Assembly (NCBI GenBank): GCA_039193195.1
Contig: JBCCWS010000005.1
Span: 154,637-218,636 of the forward strand
Reading direction: 5' to 3'
DNA: 64,000 nucleotides
DNA from: Pseudomonadota bacterium
GTDB lineage: Bacteria; Pseudomonadota; Gammaproteobacteria; Steroidobacterales; JBCBZW01
The notes beneath the pieces are model-generated. The model saw nothing but the letters and a program-made list of their open reading frames with translations, was not told the DNA's origin and did no database searches. Both the position numbers and the translations under genes were made by a program. Position 1 is the first letter of the stretch; every line of letters begins with the position of its first letter. Positions 19,321 to 27,929 of this stretch are shown here, piece after piece.

Positions 19321-19848
19321 CTATAGGAAGGCGCTGCCGGTGAGCAGGCAGTCTTGGCGCGTGGTGCCCGGGCCGAAGGGATTAATGACTAGCGTAAGCC
19401 CGTCCGACTGCTCTACCCATTCGACCAGGAAGCGCTCGATGGTGCCGGTGACTTTGGTGAAGTCCGCAAACTGATTCTCACCGGTAAAGATGTAAGAGGC
19501 GGCGGACGACACCAACTCCCCAGAGGTGAAGACAGTGACATCACCAGTGCCGATCACTGCCGTGATGTCTGGGTTGGGGCCTGGGCCGAAGACGACCCCG
19601 GCGTTGTTGAGGATCTCCACATCGAGGGTCAGCACGCCGTGGATGCCCTGGAGGTCGCAATCGAAGGTGAAACGCGCCTTGTTGGAGGGAGCTGTGCCAC
19701 CACCAGCATCGGCCTGCTGGTTGTTGGCGACGTTCGCGTTGGCGGGGTTGGCGCTGCCGCCATCGCCGCCGCAGGCACTTAGCGCGGCGGCCGCCGTCAC
19801 CAGTAGCAGCAGGCGCGCCAAGTGCCCAGTCGTGTGCCGCATCATCAT
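19321..19848 (-). CDS. Hypothetical lipoprotein
   Basis: Signal plus lipobox 'LLLLVTAAAALSAC|GGDGGS'. 175 aa. No recognised domain. Confidence 0.6.
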   Translation of the reverse strand: MMMRHTTGHLARLLLLVTAAAALSACGGDGGSANPANANVANNQQADAGGGTAPSNKARFTFDCDLQGIHGVLTLDVEILNNAGVVFGPGPNPDITAVIGTGDVTVFTSGELVSSAASYIFTGENQFADFTKVTGTIERFLVEWVEQSDGLTLVINPFGPGTTRQDCLLTGSAFL

Positions 19849-19962
19849 GATCGTCTCTTCCCTAACGCGTGATCGACGCAGAGGAACGCCGGTTCAGGCG
19901 CCTGCAGGAGTGATACGGGAGATGAGAAAAAAGTGATCTACGGGCCAGCGGCGGCGGGGGTG

Positions 19963-20127
19963 CTAGTGTCCTGAGTTGGAAGTTCGTTGATGAATTCGCA
20001 CGCGAGTTTTTGTGCGTGAGCGCGGCGCGAGGACGAGCGTGGCAGGTCCCACGGGAGGAGGAGCAACGTGTTCAGGGGCGAAAACGTGCCGCGAAGTCAT
20101 CAACGAACTTCTAACTCAGGACACTAG
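19963..20127. mobile_element. MITE copy B (inverted relative to copy A)
   Basis: Same 165-bp element as 7947..8111 in reverse orientation (9/165 differences by manual alignment) with the same 30-bp TIRs. It is followed by 'ctagctag' and lies 4 nt from the stop codon (20132-20134) of the CHAT gene. Confidence 0.8.
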
Positions 20128-20131
20128 CTAG

Positions 20132-22765
20132 CTAGTGCGTCATAACCACGAAGGCGGCCCAGAAGTACGGATGGGCGTAGGGAGCGCGTGGGTCATCAAA
20201 GCGCCGTGTGGCTGCACCGATCGGGCGATCGCCGTAGATCGCGTCAAGCTGAGCCGTACGCAGGGCGGCGGCACCCGCCTCGCCCCTGGCGCGCTCTTGG
20301 TAGAGCCGACGCATGAAGGTGGAGGTCGCTCGGTCGGACACGCGCCACAGGGAGGCCAACACGGCGTTGGCGCCACGGGCCCTGGCCAGGGCCCCGAGGC
20401 TGGCAATCTCGATGCCGCGGCCTTGGGCAGCGGCACCGAGGGCGGTCTCGCACGCCGACAACGCTAGCCAGTCGACGCCAGAGAAGTCCAGCTCGGCGAA
20501 CTCCGGTAGGGTGATCCGCTCGCTGTTGCCGATCAGCATGTAGGAGTCACTGACCCGGCCAGGGCTGAAGACGAAATGACTGGCGATGTGCAGGTTTGGC
20601 ACGCGTTGGTCGGTGGCCCGCGTGAGCGCGCCCAGGGAGAAGCGTTCGTTCAGGTAGATCTCACCGGGCATCGTGCCGTCGGGGTCCGTCTGGTCCCGCC
20701 GTATGATGGTCTCCAGTTCCTCTTCCACGTAGGGCAGGGGCGGCAAGGCGAGGGCCTCATCCACTTCGGTCACGCCGAAGGCCACGGCGCGCGCCGGCGC
20801 AGACTCGAGATCTGAGGCGGGCACGTCACCGTGGGAAGTACGCGCGATCGCGTAGCGTTCGATGAGAAACCGTTCCCCGTCGTAGAGGGCCGTGAACGGT
20901 ACGTAGCGCAGCGCGCCGTCCAGCGAGAGCTGCAGGCGGGTCACCTCGTGGTTCTCCAGCTGACCTAGCACGGGCGCCAGGAGAAGCTGGTAGAGCGCCT
21001 GGCCCGCCTGGCGCGGATCCTGGTGCGGGTCGCGTATCTGGCGACGGTACTCGAACACGCGCTTGTTGAGCTCACGAGCCGAGATGGAGACCTGATGCTG
21101 AAACGCATGGTCCGACAGGTTCACCACGACGCGTAGACGTTTGGCATCGAGCACGAAGGTTAGCTTGGCTGTGCTGCGGGCTGGCGGTTCGGTCGGTGGC
21201 GTCGCAGTCGTGGGCGGTGCGGGCACGTGGCCTATGCGATCGGCGGTGAGACGCTCGACGAGCTTGGCCAGAGCCTCGGCGTAGGCCTGCTGGAGGCGTT
21301 CGCTATCGCGCTCATCATGGGGGTTGCGAAGGGCACGGCGCGCGTCGAGGAACGGCTCCGCTAGGGCGCTCTCTGCCTCGGAAAGCGCGATGCGAGCGTT
21401 GGTCATGCGCTGGATCAAACCGCCGCGCGTGAACTGGTACAGCTCCTCGTTACGCACGAGGTCGAGTACGGCGGAAGCCTCCGGTAAGCGTCCTAGGTCG
21501 ATCAGCAGGGTGCTCAGGGAACGGTAGATGGGCTCGCGCCTAGAGGTGTAGCCCTGTTCGAGATCTTCGGGCAGCGGGTAGAGCTTGTCGCGCACCTCCT
21601 GCACTTCCGTCACGGCCAGCTTACCGAGTACCACGGCTGCGTGACCTAGGCCCTGGCGCGCGAGCGCCCGCGTGAGGCCGTCGTAGGCGTCGATGATCAA
21701 CGGGGGTTCGTTGGCACGCTCACTGATCAGTAGCGACTCCACCCACTGCTGGCGTGCTAGCTCGGGTAAGTCGAGATCGAGCTGAGCCTCGGCGATGTTG
21801 TTTAGGGACTCGGCCACGAAGGGGTCGTTGCGATCGAGGCGCTCGCGCCGCAGGGCGAGGGCCTGCTCGTGCAGATCGAGAGCGACCGCGCTGCGCCCCT
21901 GCATGCGCCGGGCTCGGCCGAGGGCATCGAGGGCGATGGGCTCTACGGGACCCCCTACCGCGATCTCGGTCGCCGCCTCGTAGCGCTGTGCAGCGCCGGC
22001 AGCATCACCCTGGGCTTCGAACACCGAGCCGAGGTTGACCAGTGCGGAGAGCAGCATCGGGTGCTTTGGCGGCAGCACCTTGCGGCGGATCGCCACGGCT
22101 TCCCCGTAGAGCATCTCCGCGCGCGCCATGTCGCCGAGCTCGTAGTAGACGCCGGCGAGGTTGTTGAGCCCTATGGAGATATCGCGCGGAGGCGCCTCGC
22201 TTTGGCGCATGCGTCGTAGAGCCTGCTCGTACAGATCCGCAGCGACGGCGAAGTCCGCCTGGTAGAAAGCGATGCCGGCAAGGCCGTCCAGGGCCGTGGT
22301 CTCGCCGCGCCTGTCGCCGTTGCCGCGGTATAGTGCTAACGCCCGCTTTAGCTTTGCCCGTGCTTGGTCGTACTCGCCGAGGTCGCGATGGCTAAGGCCC
22401 ACGCGGTAGGCGAGCAGCGCGGCACGCTCCACATCATCGGGAGGCAGGAGCTGGCGGGCTTGGTCGTAGAGGTGGAGCGCTTCCTTGCTCGCGCCGAGCA
22501 GGCCGTGGGCCCAGGCGAGGCGATTGAGGATGTCGCTGCGAAGAAGGGGGTCACGCGCGTTCGCGAGGGCGCCGGAGAGGACGTCGATGGCGTCGCTGTA
22601 CTGGCCGTCGCTGATCAGGGCCTTACCCTGTTCGAGGCCCTCGCTGGCCGCGGCGTGCAGCGGGTTGTCCACACCCGGTTGTGCATGCCCCGCTAGGGCA
22701 AGGCACGCGATCGAGACGAGGGCCAAGGCGGGCGAAATGCGCTGAGCGCATGTGGAACGGGTCAC
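20132..22765 (-). CDS. Exported TPR-repeat / CHAT-domain (caspase-fold) protease
   Basis: ORF 20132..22885(-). The start is placed at the GTG at 22765 (GAGGAA 7 nt upstream, 11 nt after the upstream gene's TGA). Signal peptide 'ISPALALVSIACLALAGHA'. Many TPR units follow ('LNRLAWAHGLLG...', 'LNNLAGVYYELGDMARAEMLY', 'LVNLGSVFEAQGD'). The C-terminal CHAT domain has the dyad contexts 'NLHIASHFVF' (His) and 'WLALSACETA' (Cys) intact. Confidence 0.85.
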   Translation of the reverse strand: MTRSTCAQRISPALALVSIACLALAGHAQPGVDNPLHAAASEGLEQGKALISDGQYSDAIDVLSGALANARDPLLRSDILNRLAWAHGLLGASKEALHLYDQARQLLPPDDVERAALLAYRVGLSHRDLGEYDQARAKLKRALALYRGNGDRRGETTALDGLAGIAFYQADFAVAADLYEQALRRMRQSEAPPRDISIGLNNLAGVYYELGDMARAEMLYGEAVAIRRKVLPPKHPMLLSALVNLGSVFEAQGDAAGAAQRYEAATEIAVGGPVEPIALDALGRARRMQGRSAVALDLHEQALALRRERLDRNDPFVAESLNNIAEAQLDLDLPELARQQWVESLLISERANEPPLIIDAYDGLTRALARQGLGHAAVVLGKLAVTEVQEVRDKLYPLPEDLEQGYTSRREPIYRSLSTLLIDLGRLPEASAVLDLVRNEELYQFTRGGLIQRMTNARIALSEAESALAEPFLDARRALRNPHDERDSERLQQAYAEALAKLVERLTADRIGHVPAPPTTATPPTEPPARSTAKLTFVLDAKRLRVVVNLSDHAFQHQVSISARELNKRVFEYRRQIRDPHQDPRQAGQALYQLLLAPVLGQLENHEVTRLQLSLDGALRYVPFTALYDGERFLIERYAIARTSHGDVPASDLESAPARAVAFGVTEVDEALALPPLPYVEEELETIIRRDQTDPDGTMPGEIYLNERFSLGALTRATDQRVPNLHIASHFVFSPGRVSDSYMLIGNSERITLPEFAELDFSGVDWLALSACETALGAAAQGRGIEIASLGALARARGANAVLASLWRVSDRATSTFMRRLYQERARGEAGAAALRTAQLDAIYGDRPIGAATRRFDDPRAPYAHPYFWAAFVVMTH

Positions 22766-22776
22766 GAGGGCGTTCC

Positions 22777-23238
22777 TCAGCGATCGGAGCGATAGTCCGG
22801 GTGCAGCTGATTGAAGGCGTGCAGGTGCTCTTCCGCCAGGGCGAAGTCGCCGCGGTAGATGAGCTCCTGAATGTAGCGGTACCACACGGCGGGATCCGCC
22901 TCGGCCACGGCCACCTCGACCCCGCCGCCAGCAGAACGAGTGGCATCGGCTGGCAAGATGAGACCGGCTCCCGGGATAGGGCTCGCGGGGCCTCCGGAGG
23001 GCGCAGAGAATGGCGACAACACGGCGCCGGCCACCAGGCCCGCGGCCAGGGCGATAGGCCAGCTCGCCAGGGCGCGGCGATCGGTGGGGCGCAGGCGCCC
23101 GGCAGCTGCGTCGGCGGCACTCGCCACCGCTGTGTCTTGCACGCTAAGGCGTGAGGTGTCCGCTGCCTCCTGCAGGACGGAGGCGAACTCATCGCCATCA
23201 TCCCAGTCGTCCAGCTCGCCATCGTGCTGTTCAGCCAT
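22777..23238 (-). CDS. Single-pass membrane protein (candidate anti-sigma factor, unclassified)
   Basis: It overlaps the upstream sigma gene by 8 nt (ATGGCTGA). Acidic N-terminus 'MAEQHDGELDDWDDGDEF'. One TM 'WPIALAAGLVAGAVLSPF'. No zf-HC2 motif. The position between an ECF sigma gene and its likely target is the only functional evidence. Confidence 0.55.
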   Translation of the reverse strand: MAEQHDGELDDWDDGDEFASVLQEAADTSRLSVQDTAVASAADAAAGRLRPTDRRALASWPIALAAGLVAGAVLSPFSAPSGGPASPIPGAGLILPADATRSAGGGVEVAVAEADPAVWYRYIQELIYRGDFALAEEHLHAFNQLHPDYRSDR

Positions 23239-23950
23239 CGAGTAGTGACCTCGCTGTGGTCCCCAGGGACTCTTTGAGTTTCTTCAGGGCGTAGCGCTTA
23301 CGGCTCAGCACCGTATTGCGGGGTGCTCCGGTCGCGCTAGCCACCTCTTCAGCCGACATGCCCGCCGACCACATGGCGATGACCTCGCGCTGCTCGAGCG
23401 GCAGTTCGGCGAGTGCCGCTAGTAGGCGCGCACGCCCCTGCTCGGCGGCGGCGCCACCGAAGGCGGCATCCTCGCTCGCGAGCGTCTCCTCAAGTGCTTG
23501 CCCCCCGGCGAGCTTCTCGCTGCGCACCGGCTGCGGTCGGCGGCAGTAGTCATCTATGTAGCGATTGCGCGCCATCGTGTAGAGATAGGCGCGGAAGCTA
23601 GCGCCCGCGCCCGGCGTGAAGGTGCCGCGCTCGGTCGCCTCGAGCAGCTGCAGCCAGGCTTGCTGAGAGACCTCCTCGGCCACGGCCTGGTTACCCGACA
23701 GGCCAACCGTGAAGCTCAGCAAGGACTTGCGATATCGCTCGTAGACGACGTCGAACGCGCGGCGATCCCCGTGCCGTTGAAAGCGGAGCAGCAGCGCTTC
23801 GTCGGTGTCGTTGCTGGAAGTTATACGGATGATCCCCTGGAAATGATCTAACGCTGGGGATTCTAGCGGGGACCGGCCCTGGTGGCAGCGCCCACGGACA
23901 CGCGGCGTCGGCACGGATCTGCGCCGGAAAGCCGCATCGTTGCGTGCCAC
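23231..23950 (-). CDS. ECF-type RNA polymerase sigma factor
   Basis: Region 2 'LLLRFQRHGDRRAFDVVYERYRKSLLSF...EEVSQQAWLQLL...FRAYLYTMARNRYIDDYR'. Region 4 'LAELPLEQREVIAMWSAGMSAEEVASATGAPRNTVLSRKRYALKKLKE'. GTG start at 23950 gives a ~45-aa Arg-rich N-terminal extension, so the true start is uncertain. Confidence 0.85.
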   Translation of the reverse strand: MARNDAAFRRRSVPTPRVRGRCHQGRSPLESPALDHFQGIIRITSSNDTDEALLLRFQRHGDRRAFDVVYERYRKSLLSFTVGLSGNQAVAEEVSQQAWLQLLEATERGTFTPGAGASFRAYLYTMARNRYIDDYCRRPQPVRSEKLAGGQALEETLASEDAAFGGAAAEQGRARLLAALAELPLEQREVIAMWSAGMSAEEVASATGAPRNTVLSRKRYALKKLKESLGTTARSLLDG

Positions 23951-24044
23951 GCGCGAGACCTCTCACCGAGAGTCATCGGCGCGGCTCCCGGGTGATACCT
24001 CGATCGAGAGCCGATTCGTGCGCGCTCAGTATCCGGGGATGGCG

Positions 24045-26108
24045 CTACCAGTGAACCCCGCGCATCACCTGCACGAACAGGCGCTGCGCCAGGCCGAGGG
24101 CTGACGAGGGTATCTCCGCTTTCTCCTTAGCCGCCTCTTCATCGGACAGGCCCCGGGCGGCTGCCGAGTCGGGGAATAGTGCGTAGGCCTGGCTAAGAAA
24201 GGCCTCGGTGACGTTGGGCACCGTGGCCTGTGCGACGGCGCCGGTCACGCCCAACGGGGTTGATACGCGACGCGGCTTGGACACGATGGATTTGATCACC
24301 AGGTCTCGCGCCTGTTCCGGAGAGAGGGTCGGAAAGGCCTTATACAGGCCCGTGGGGGCGATCATCGGCGTGCGGACGAGGGGCATATGGATGGTGGTGA
24401 AGGTGATGTTCTCCGCTGCGTACTCCGGGGCTGCGCAAAGGCTGAAGGCATCCAGTGCTGACTTCGAGGCCACGTAGGCGGAGAAGCGCGGCGGGCTGGT
24501 CAGCACACCGATGGAAGAGATGTTGATGATGTGTCCGCCGCCGTTGGCCTCCATAGACGGCAGGAACCCCAGGATTAGGCGCAGGGCCCCGAAGTAGTTC
24601 AGGTTCATTGTGCGCTCGAAGTCATGCACACGCTCGTAGCTGTAGCGCACGGAGCGGCGGATCGAGCGTCCCGCATTGTTGATTAGAACATCGACATGGC
24701 CGTGCTCGCGAAGGATGTCCGCAACTAGCTGGTTGCAGGCCTCCTCGCTGGAGACATCGCAGGAGTGTACCTGGGCGCTGCCGCCCATTTGCTGGATCTC
24801 CGCCAGCGTCTCGTCGAGCTTCTCGACGGTGCGGGCAACCAGCTGCACCTTGGCGCCAGCCTCGGCAAGGCGCAGGGCGCATGCCTTGCCGATGCCACTC
24901 GTGGCGCCGGTCACCACCACCACCTTGCCCCGCACCTTGCGCCGCAGGGCGGAGAGCGTCGGGCGACCGATCATCTGGTTGAACAGGCCATCGACCTCGC
25001 GGATCAGGCTCTGCTCACCGCCTGGGCGCAGGAATTCCTGCCAGTATTCCCAGAGCACCTCGGCGTAAGACTCGAAGGGCGGACACTCGATTCCCTTCTC
25101 AGCAAGCAGCGCTTGGGTCTTGGTGGAATCAAAGCGCGTCGGATAGTGCAGGTAAGCCATCACTTCGGGCGGGATGCCCATGCGTGCCACTGCCTGCTCG
25201 CCAAGGGCTTTCAGGGGGCCAGCCATGCTGATGCCTTTGCCTGCTAGGCGCGTGGCCGAGTCGAGGGCGGCGACATCGATGGCGAGTAGGCTCGGACCGC
25301 GGGACACCTTCATCAGCACCTTGAGCAGGTCGCCCACGCGGATGCCTTCGGGGTCGGTGATGAAGAAGCACTCGCGGTCATGGTTCGGCACGTGGGCCAG
25401 GTGGTCGATGGCGTTGGCGACGAAGTCCACCGGCACGATGTTGAGCAGGCCGGCCTTGCTCAGCAGCAGCGGGAACCCCTGAGGCACCACCTTGCTCAGG
25501 TTCTTCAGGGCTTCGAAGAAGTAGTAGGGGCCGTCCACCTTGAGCATCTCGCCGGTCTGCGAATGGCCGACCACCATGCCGGGCCGGTATATCCGCCAGT
25601 TGAGATCGTTCGCCTCGCGCACCAGTCCTTCAGACTCGTGCTTGGTGAGAAAGTAGGGATGATCGAGGGCGCCGGCCTCTTCGAACATGTCCTCAGTGAA
25701 GGTGCCCTTGTACAGTCCAGCGGCGGCGATTGAGGAGACCTGGTGGAAGCAGCCGGCCTTCAGGGCCCGGGCGAGGTTGATAGCCTGGGCCGTGCCTTGC
25801 ACGTTGGCCGTGCGCTGGCTCTCGGCATCTGCCTGCAGGTCGTAGATGGCGGCGAGGTGGAAGAAGTGGTCGATCTTGCCGCCGTGCGCGTTCGCCCAGG
25901 CTTCGTTGACCCCTAGATTTGGCTCTGCGAGGTCTCCCTCGACCGCCAGCAGCTGCTCCTTGCTCGCCCCCCAGAGCTCGCGCAAGGCCTCCAGTTTGGC
26001 GACGGAACCCGGGCGCACCAGCAGGTGTACCGTACCGCCGCGATCCAGCAGCTTGGGAACGAGGAAGCGGCCGATGAAGCCGGTACCGCCGGTAACGAAG
26101 TAGTTCAT
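24045..26108 (-). CDS. Two-domain fatty acyl-CoA / fatty aldehyde reductase (extended-SDR + classical SDR)
   Basis: ORF 24045..26168(-). The ATG at 26108 is preceded by AGGAGA. N-terminal Rossmann 'MNYFVTGGTGFIGRFLV', then 'YRPGMVVGHSQTGEMLKVDGPYYFF'. Second Rossmann 'VVVVTGATSGIGKA', with 'NNAGRSIRRS' and 'SAYVASKSALDAF'. The architecture and many blocks match my recollection of the Marinobacter Maqu_2507-type reductase. Confidence 0.85.
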   Translation of the reverse strand: MNYFVTGGTGFIGRFLVPKLLDRGGTVHLLVRPGSVAKLEALRELWGASKEQLLAVEGDLAEPNLGVNEAWANAHGGKIDHFFHLAAIYDLQADAESQRTANVQGTAQAINLARALKAGCFHQVSSIAAAGLYKGTFTEDMFEEAGALDHPYFLTKHESEGLVREANDLNWRIYRPGMVVGHSQTGEMLKVDGPYYFFEALKNLSKVVPQGFPLLLSKAGLLNIVPVDFVANAIDHLAHVPNHDRECFFITDPEGIRVGDLLKVLMKVSRGPSLLAIDVAALDSATRLAGKGISMAGPLKALGEQAVARMGIPPEVMAYLHYPTRFDSTKTQALLAEKGIECPPFESYAEVLWEYWQEFLRPGGEQSLIREVDGLFNQMIGRPTLSALRRKVRGKVVVVTGATSGIGKACALRLAEAGAKVQLVARTVEKLDETLAEIQQMGGSAQVHSCDVSSEEACNQLVADILREHGHVDVLINNAGRSIRRSVRYSYERVHDFERTMNLNYFGALRLILGFLPSMEANGGGHIINISSIGVLTSPPRFSAYVASKSALDAFSLCAAPEYAAENITFTTIHMPLVRTPMIAPTGLYKAFPTLSPEQARDLVIKSIVSKPRRVSTPLGVTGAVAQATVPNVTEAFLSQAYALFPDSAAARGLSDEEAAKEKAEIPSSALGLAQRLFVQVMRGVHW

Positions 26109-26289
26109 GCTGGAGCTTCTCCTGGAGCCGGACGTCCACAGGCACCGGTGCGATGCGGCAAAAGGCATGATGGACGTCTATCGAGGCCGCCAGGGTATCG
26201 GCACCGCTAGCGCTTCGCCAGCGTTGAGCCGTCGGCATCGAGATTGGCGCCTGCGTTAGCGACCTGCCCTGCTACGAGGATCACTGCCC

Positions 26290-26700
26290 TGACCGCTACG
26301 CGCCCCCTCGACTCGTGGACTCTGCCCCCCAGATCTTCCGCGGCCTACGGATGGCCCGTCGCCACGCCCGCGCTGCGTCGCCTGGGCGCCCATCTCTGGT
26401 CATCGCCTGGGCCAATGATGTGCTCTCCTTCGAGAAGGAAAAGCGGGCGAGTGATCCGGTCAATCTGGTGAGCGTGGGTCGCAGCCCAGCACAACTTGAG
26501 CGACCAAGCGGTACTCGCTTCGGTCAACGGATGTCCACCACGAGGATCTCGTCGCGATGAGGTGCGTCGCTTCGACCGCGCGCCCCGGCACCGGATTTGA
26601 GCGCCGACTTGGACGGCATCCTCGGCTGTGCCTACGGACGCCTGGCCTGGTCCGAAGGTTGTCAGCGGTACGCACTCGAGCGCCGCGCGGGGCCCGCAGC
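26290..26700 (+). pseudogene. Terpene synthase (class I cyclase) C-terminal relic, frameshifted
   Basis: '...LVIAWANDVLSFEKEKRASDPVNLVSV' carries a perfect NSE/DTE metal-binding triad (N-D-x-x-S-x-x-x-E). Upstream homology continues in another frame ('TPALRRLGAHL'). Downstream pieces 'DEVRRF' and 'GRLAWSEGCQRYA' (W...W...RY terminus) appear in shifted frames. No DDxxD-containing N-terminal half exists, because the reductase gene promoter occupies that space. Confidence 0.5.
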
Positions 26701-26781
26701 ATTGCGTTAATCGAATCGATCGCTAGCGTTGCCCGTCAGCTCGAACGCGTACGGGGCGCAGTGGCGCGTCTTCGCCCTGGG

Positions 26782-27552
26782 TCACAGCCAGCCCTTGTCG
26801 CGCACACGTGCCGCTCCGGCCCGCGAGACGGGCACGGACGCCCCCGACTTCAAGCGCAGGTCGAGTTTGCCCCCAATCCTAGCAATGGAGGCCACGCCTC
26901 GGCGCGCCACCCACCAGGAGCGGTGTACGCGCACGCCGTCGAGGGTGGCGAGGAGCTGTTCGGCGTCGGACAGGCGCTGCAGGACCAGGGAGGTGCCCGC
27001 CGCCGTGTGCACGCGCACGTAATGGTCCTCAGCGGAGACCGCATAGAGCTCGGCGTCGCGGTGGGCTAAGGGAAGGCGGGCCCGAAAGGCGCGCACTGCA
27101 TCAGCCTCGCGGTCGGATACTGGGGCCTCGAGTGGCGAGGCGCCGGACGGCGTAAACGGCAGCGGACGCAGGGCCCAGAGGGCAGCCACGATCACCCAGG
27201 TGTACGCCCAGAGTTGGCCGTGGAAGCTCTGCGGCACGGGCCGACCGATCAGCTGCTGGGTGCCCAAGATCAGCAGGTACGGGAGCGGCGTTGAGAGGAG
27301 CGTCTCCAGGGCAAAACGGGCCCACTGGGCGCGCACCCGTGCGCGCAGGGCGCGTGCGGCGGTCCACTGCACCGCCACCACGGCCACGACCAGCATGAAC
27401 CAGTAGCTAGCGCGCGCCCAGAGCGGCAAGTACGTCACGGCCCCGTAGGGCGATACGGTGCCGAAGAACACCGCGACGGCGAGGAGGATGGCCGTGGCCC
27501 GCCCCAGCGGGTGGGTCAGCAGCTGCGCGACCTTGGGCATTCCCCTGTTCAC
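26782..27552 (-). CDS. Membrane-associated LytTR-domain DNA-binding protein
   Basis: The N-terminal ~150 aa contains 4 hydrophobic helices. The C-terminal LytTR reads 'YAVSAEDHYVRVHTAAGTSLVLQRLSDAEQLL...GVRVHRSWWVARRGVASI...LRLKSGASVPVSRAGAARVR'. The start is GTG 27552 or ATG 27540. Confidence 0.75.
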   Translation of the reverse strand: MNRGMPKVAQLLTHPLGRATAILLAVAVFFGTVSPYGAVTYLPLWARASYWFMLVVAVVAVQWTAARALRARVRAQWARFALETLLSTPLPYLLILGTQQLIGRPVPQSFHGQLWAYTWVIVAALWALRPLPFTPSGASPLEAPVSDREADAVRAFRARLPLAHRDAELYAVSAEDHYVRVHTAAGTSLVLQRLSDAEQLLATLDGVRVHRSWWVARRGVASIARIGGKLDLRLKSGASVPVSRAGAARVRDKGWL

Positions 27553-27698
27553 TCACGATTCGCCAGTGGTCTTCGCTTAGCCACTCGCGAACTTCTCCAA
27601 TGTTTTCACGTATCTGCAGGCTGGTGGGTGGGCCCCTGGGTAGACGCTTCTACGGTCGCGGCGCCGCCCGCATACCTCCTGAGGACCGAACACAAGTG

Positions 27699-27929
27699 AT
27701 GAAAAGCTCCCCAACTTGCCTACCCCGTCGCCTTCGGCGCACCACGCTAGTCGCCTGCGCCTTCGTGCCGCTACTCGGCGCGTGCACGAACGTGTGCGCA
27801 CCGCCGACCAGCGGTGTCGCCGTGTTCCCTACGCCCTCTACGGTCACTGAAGAGGGGCGGGCGACGCAAGTCGCGCGCAGCGCTTGGCCGTCCCCTGAGC
27901 GCGCCGCGCAGCCGCTGTCGTTACAATGA
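27699..27929 (+). CDS. Small putative lipoprotein
   Basis: 'MKSSPTCLPRRLRRTTLVACAFVPLLGAC|TNV' (signal plus lipobox). The stop overlaps the next gene's ATG (ATGA at 27926-27929), which supports translation. No homology recognised. Confidence 0.4.
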   Translation: MKSSPTCLPRRLRRTTLVACAFVPLLGACTNVCAPPTSGVAVFPTPSTVTEEGRATQVARSAWPSPERAAQPLSLQ

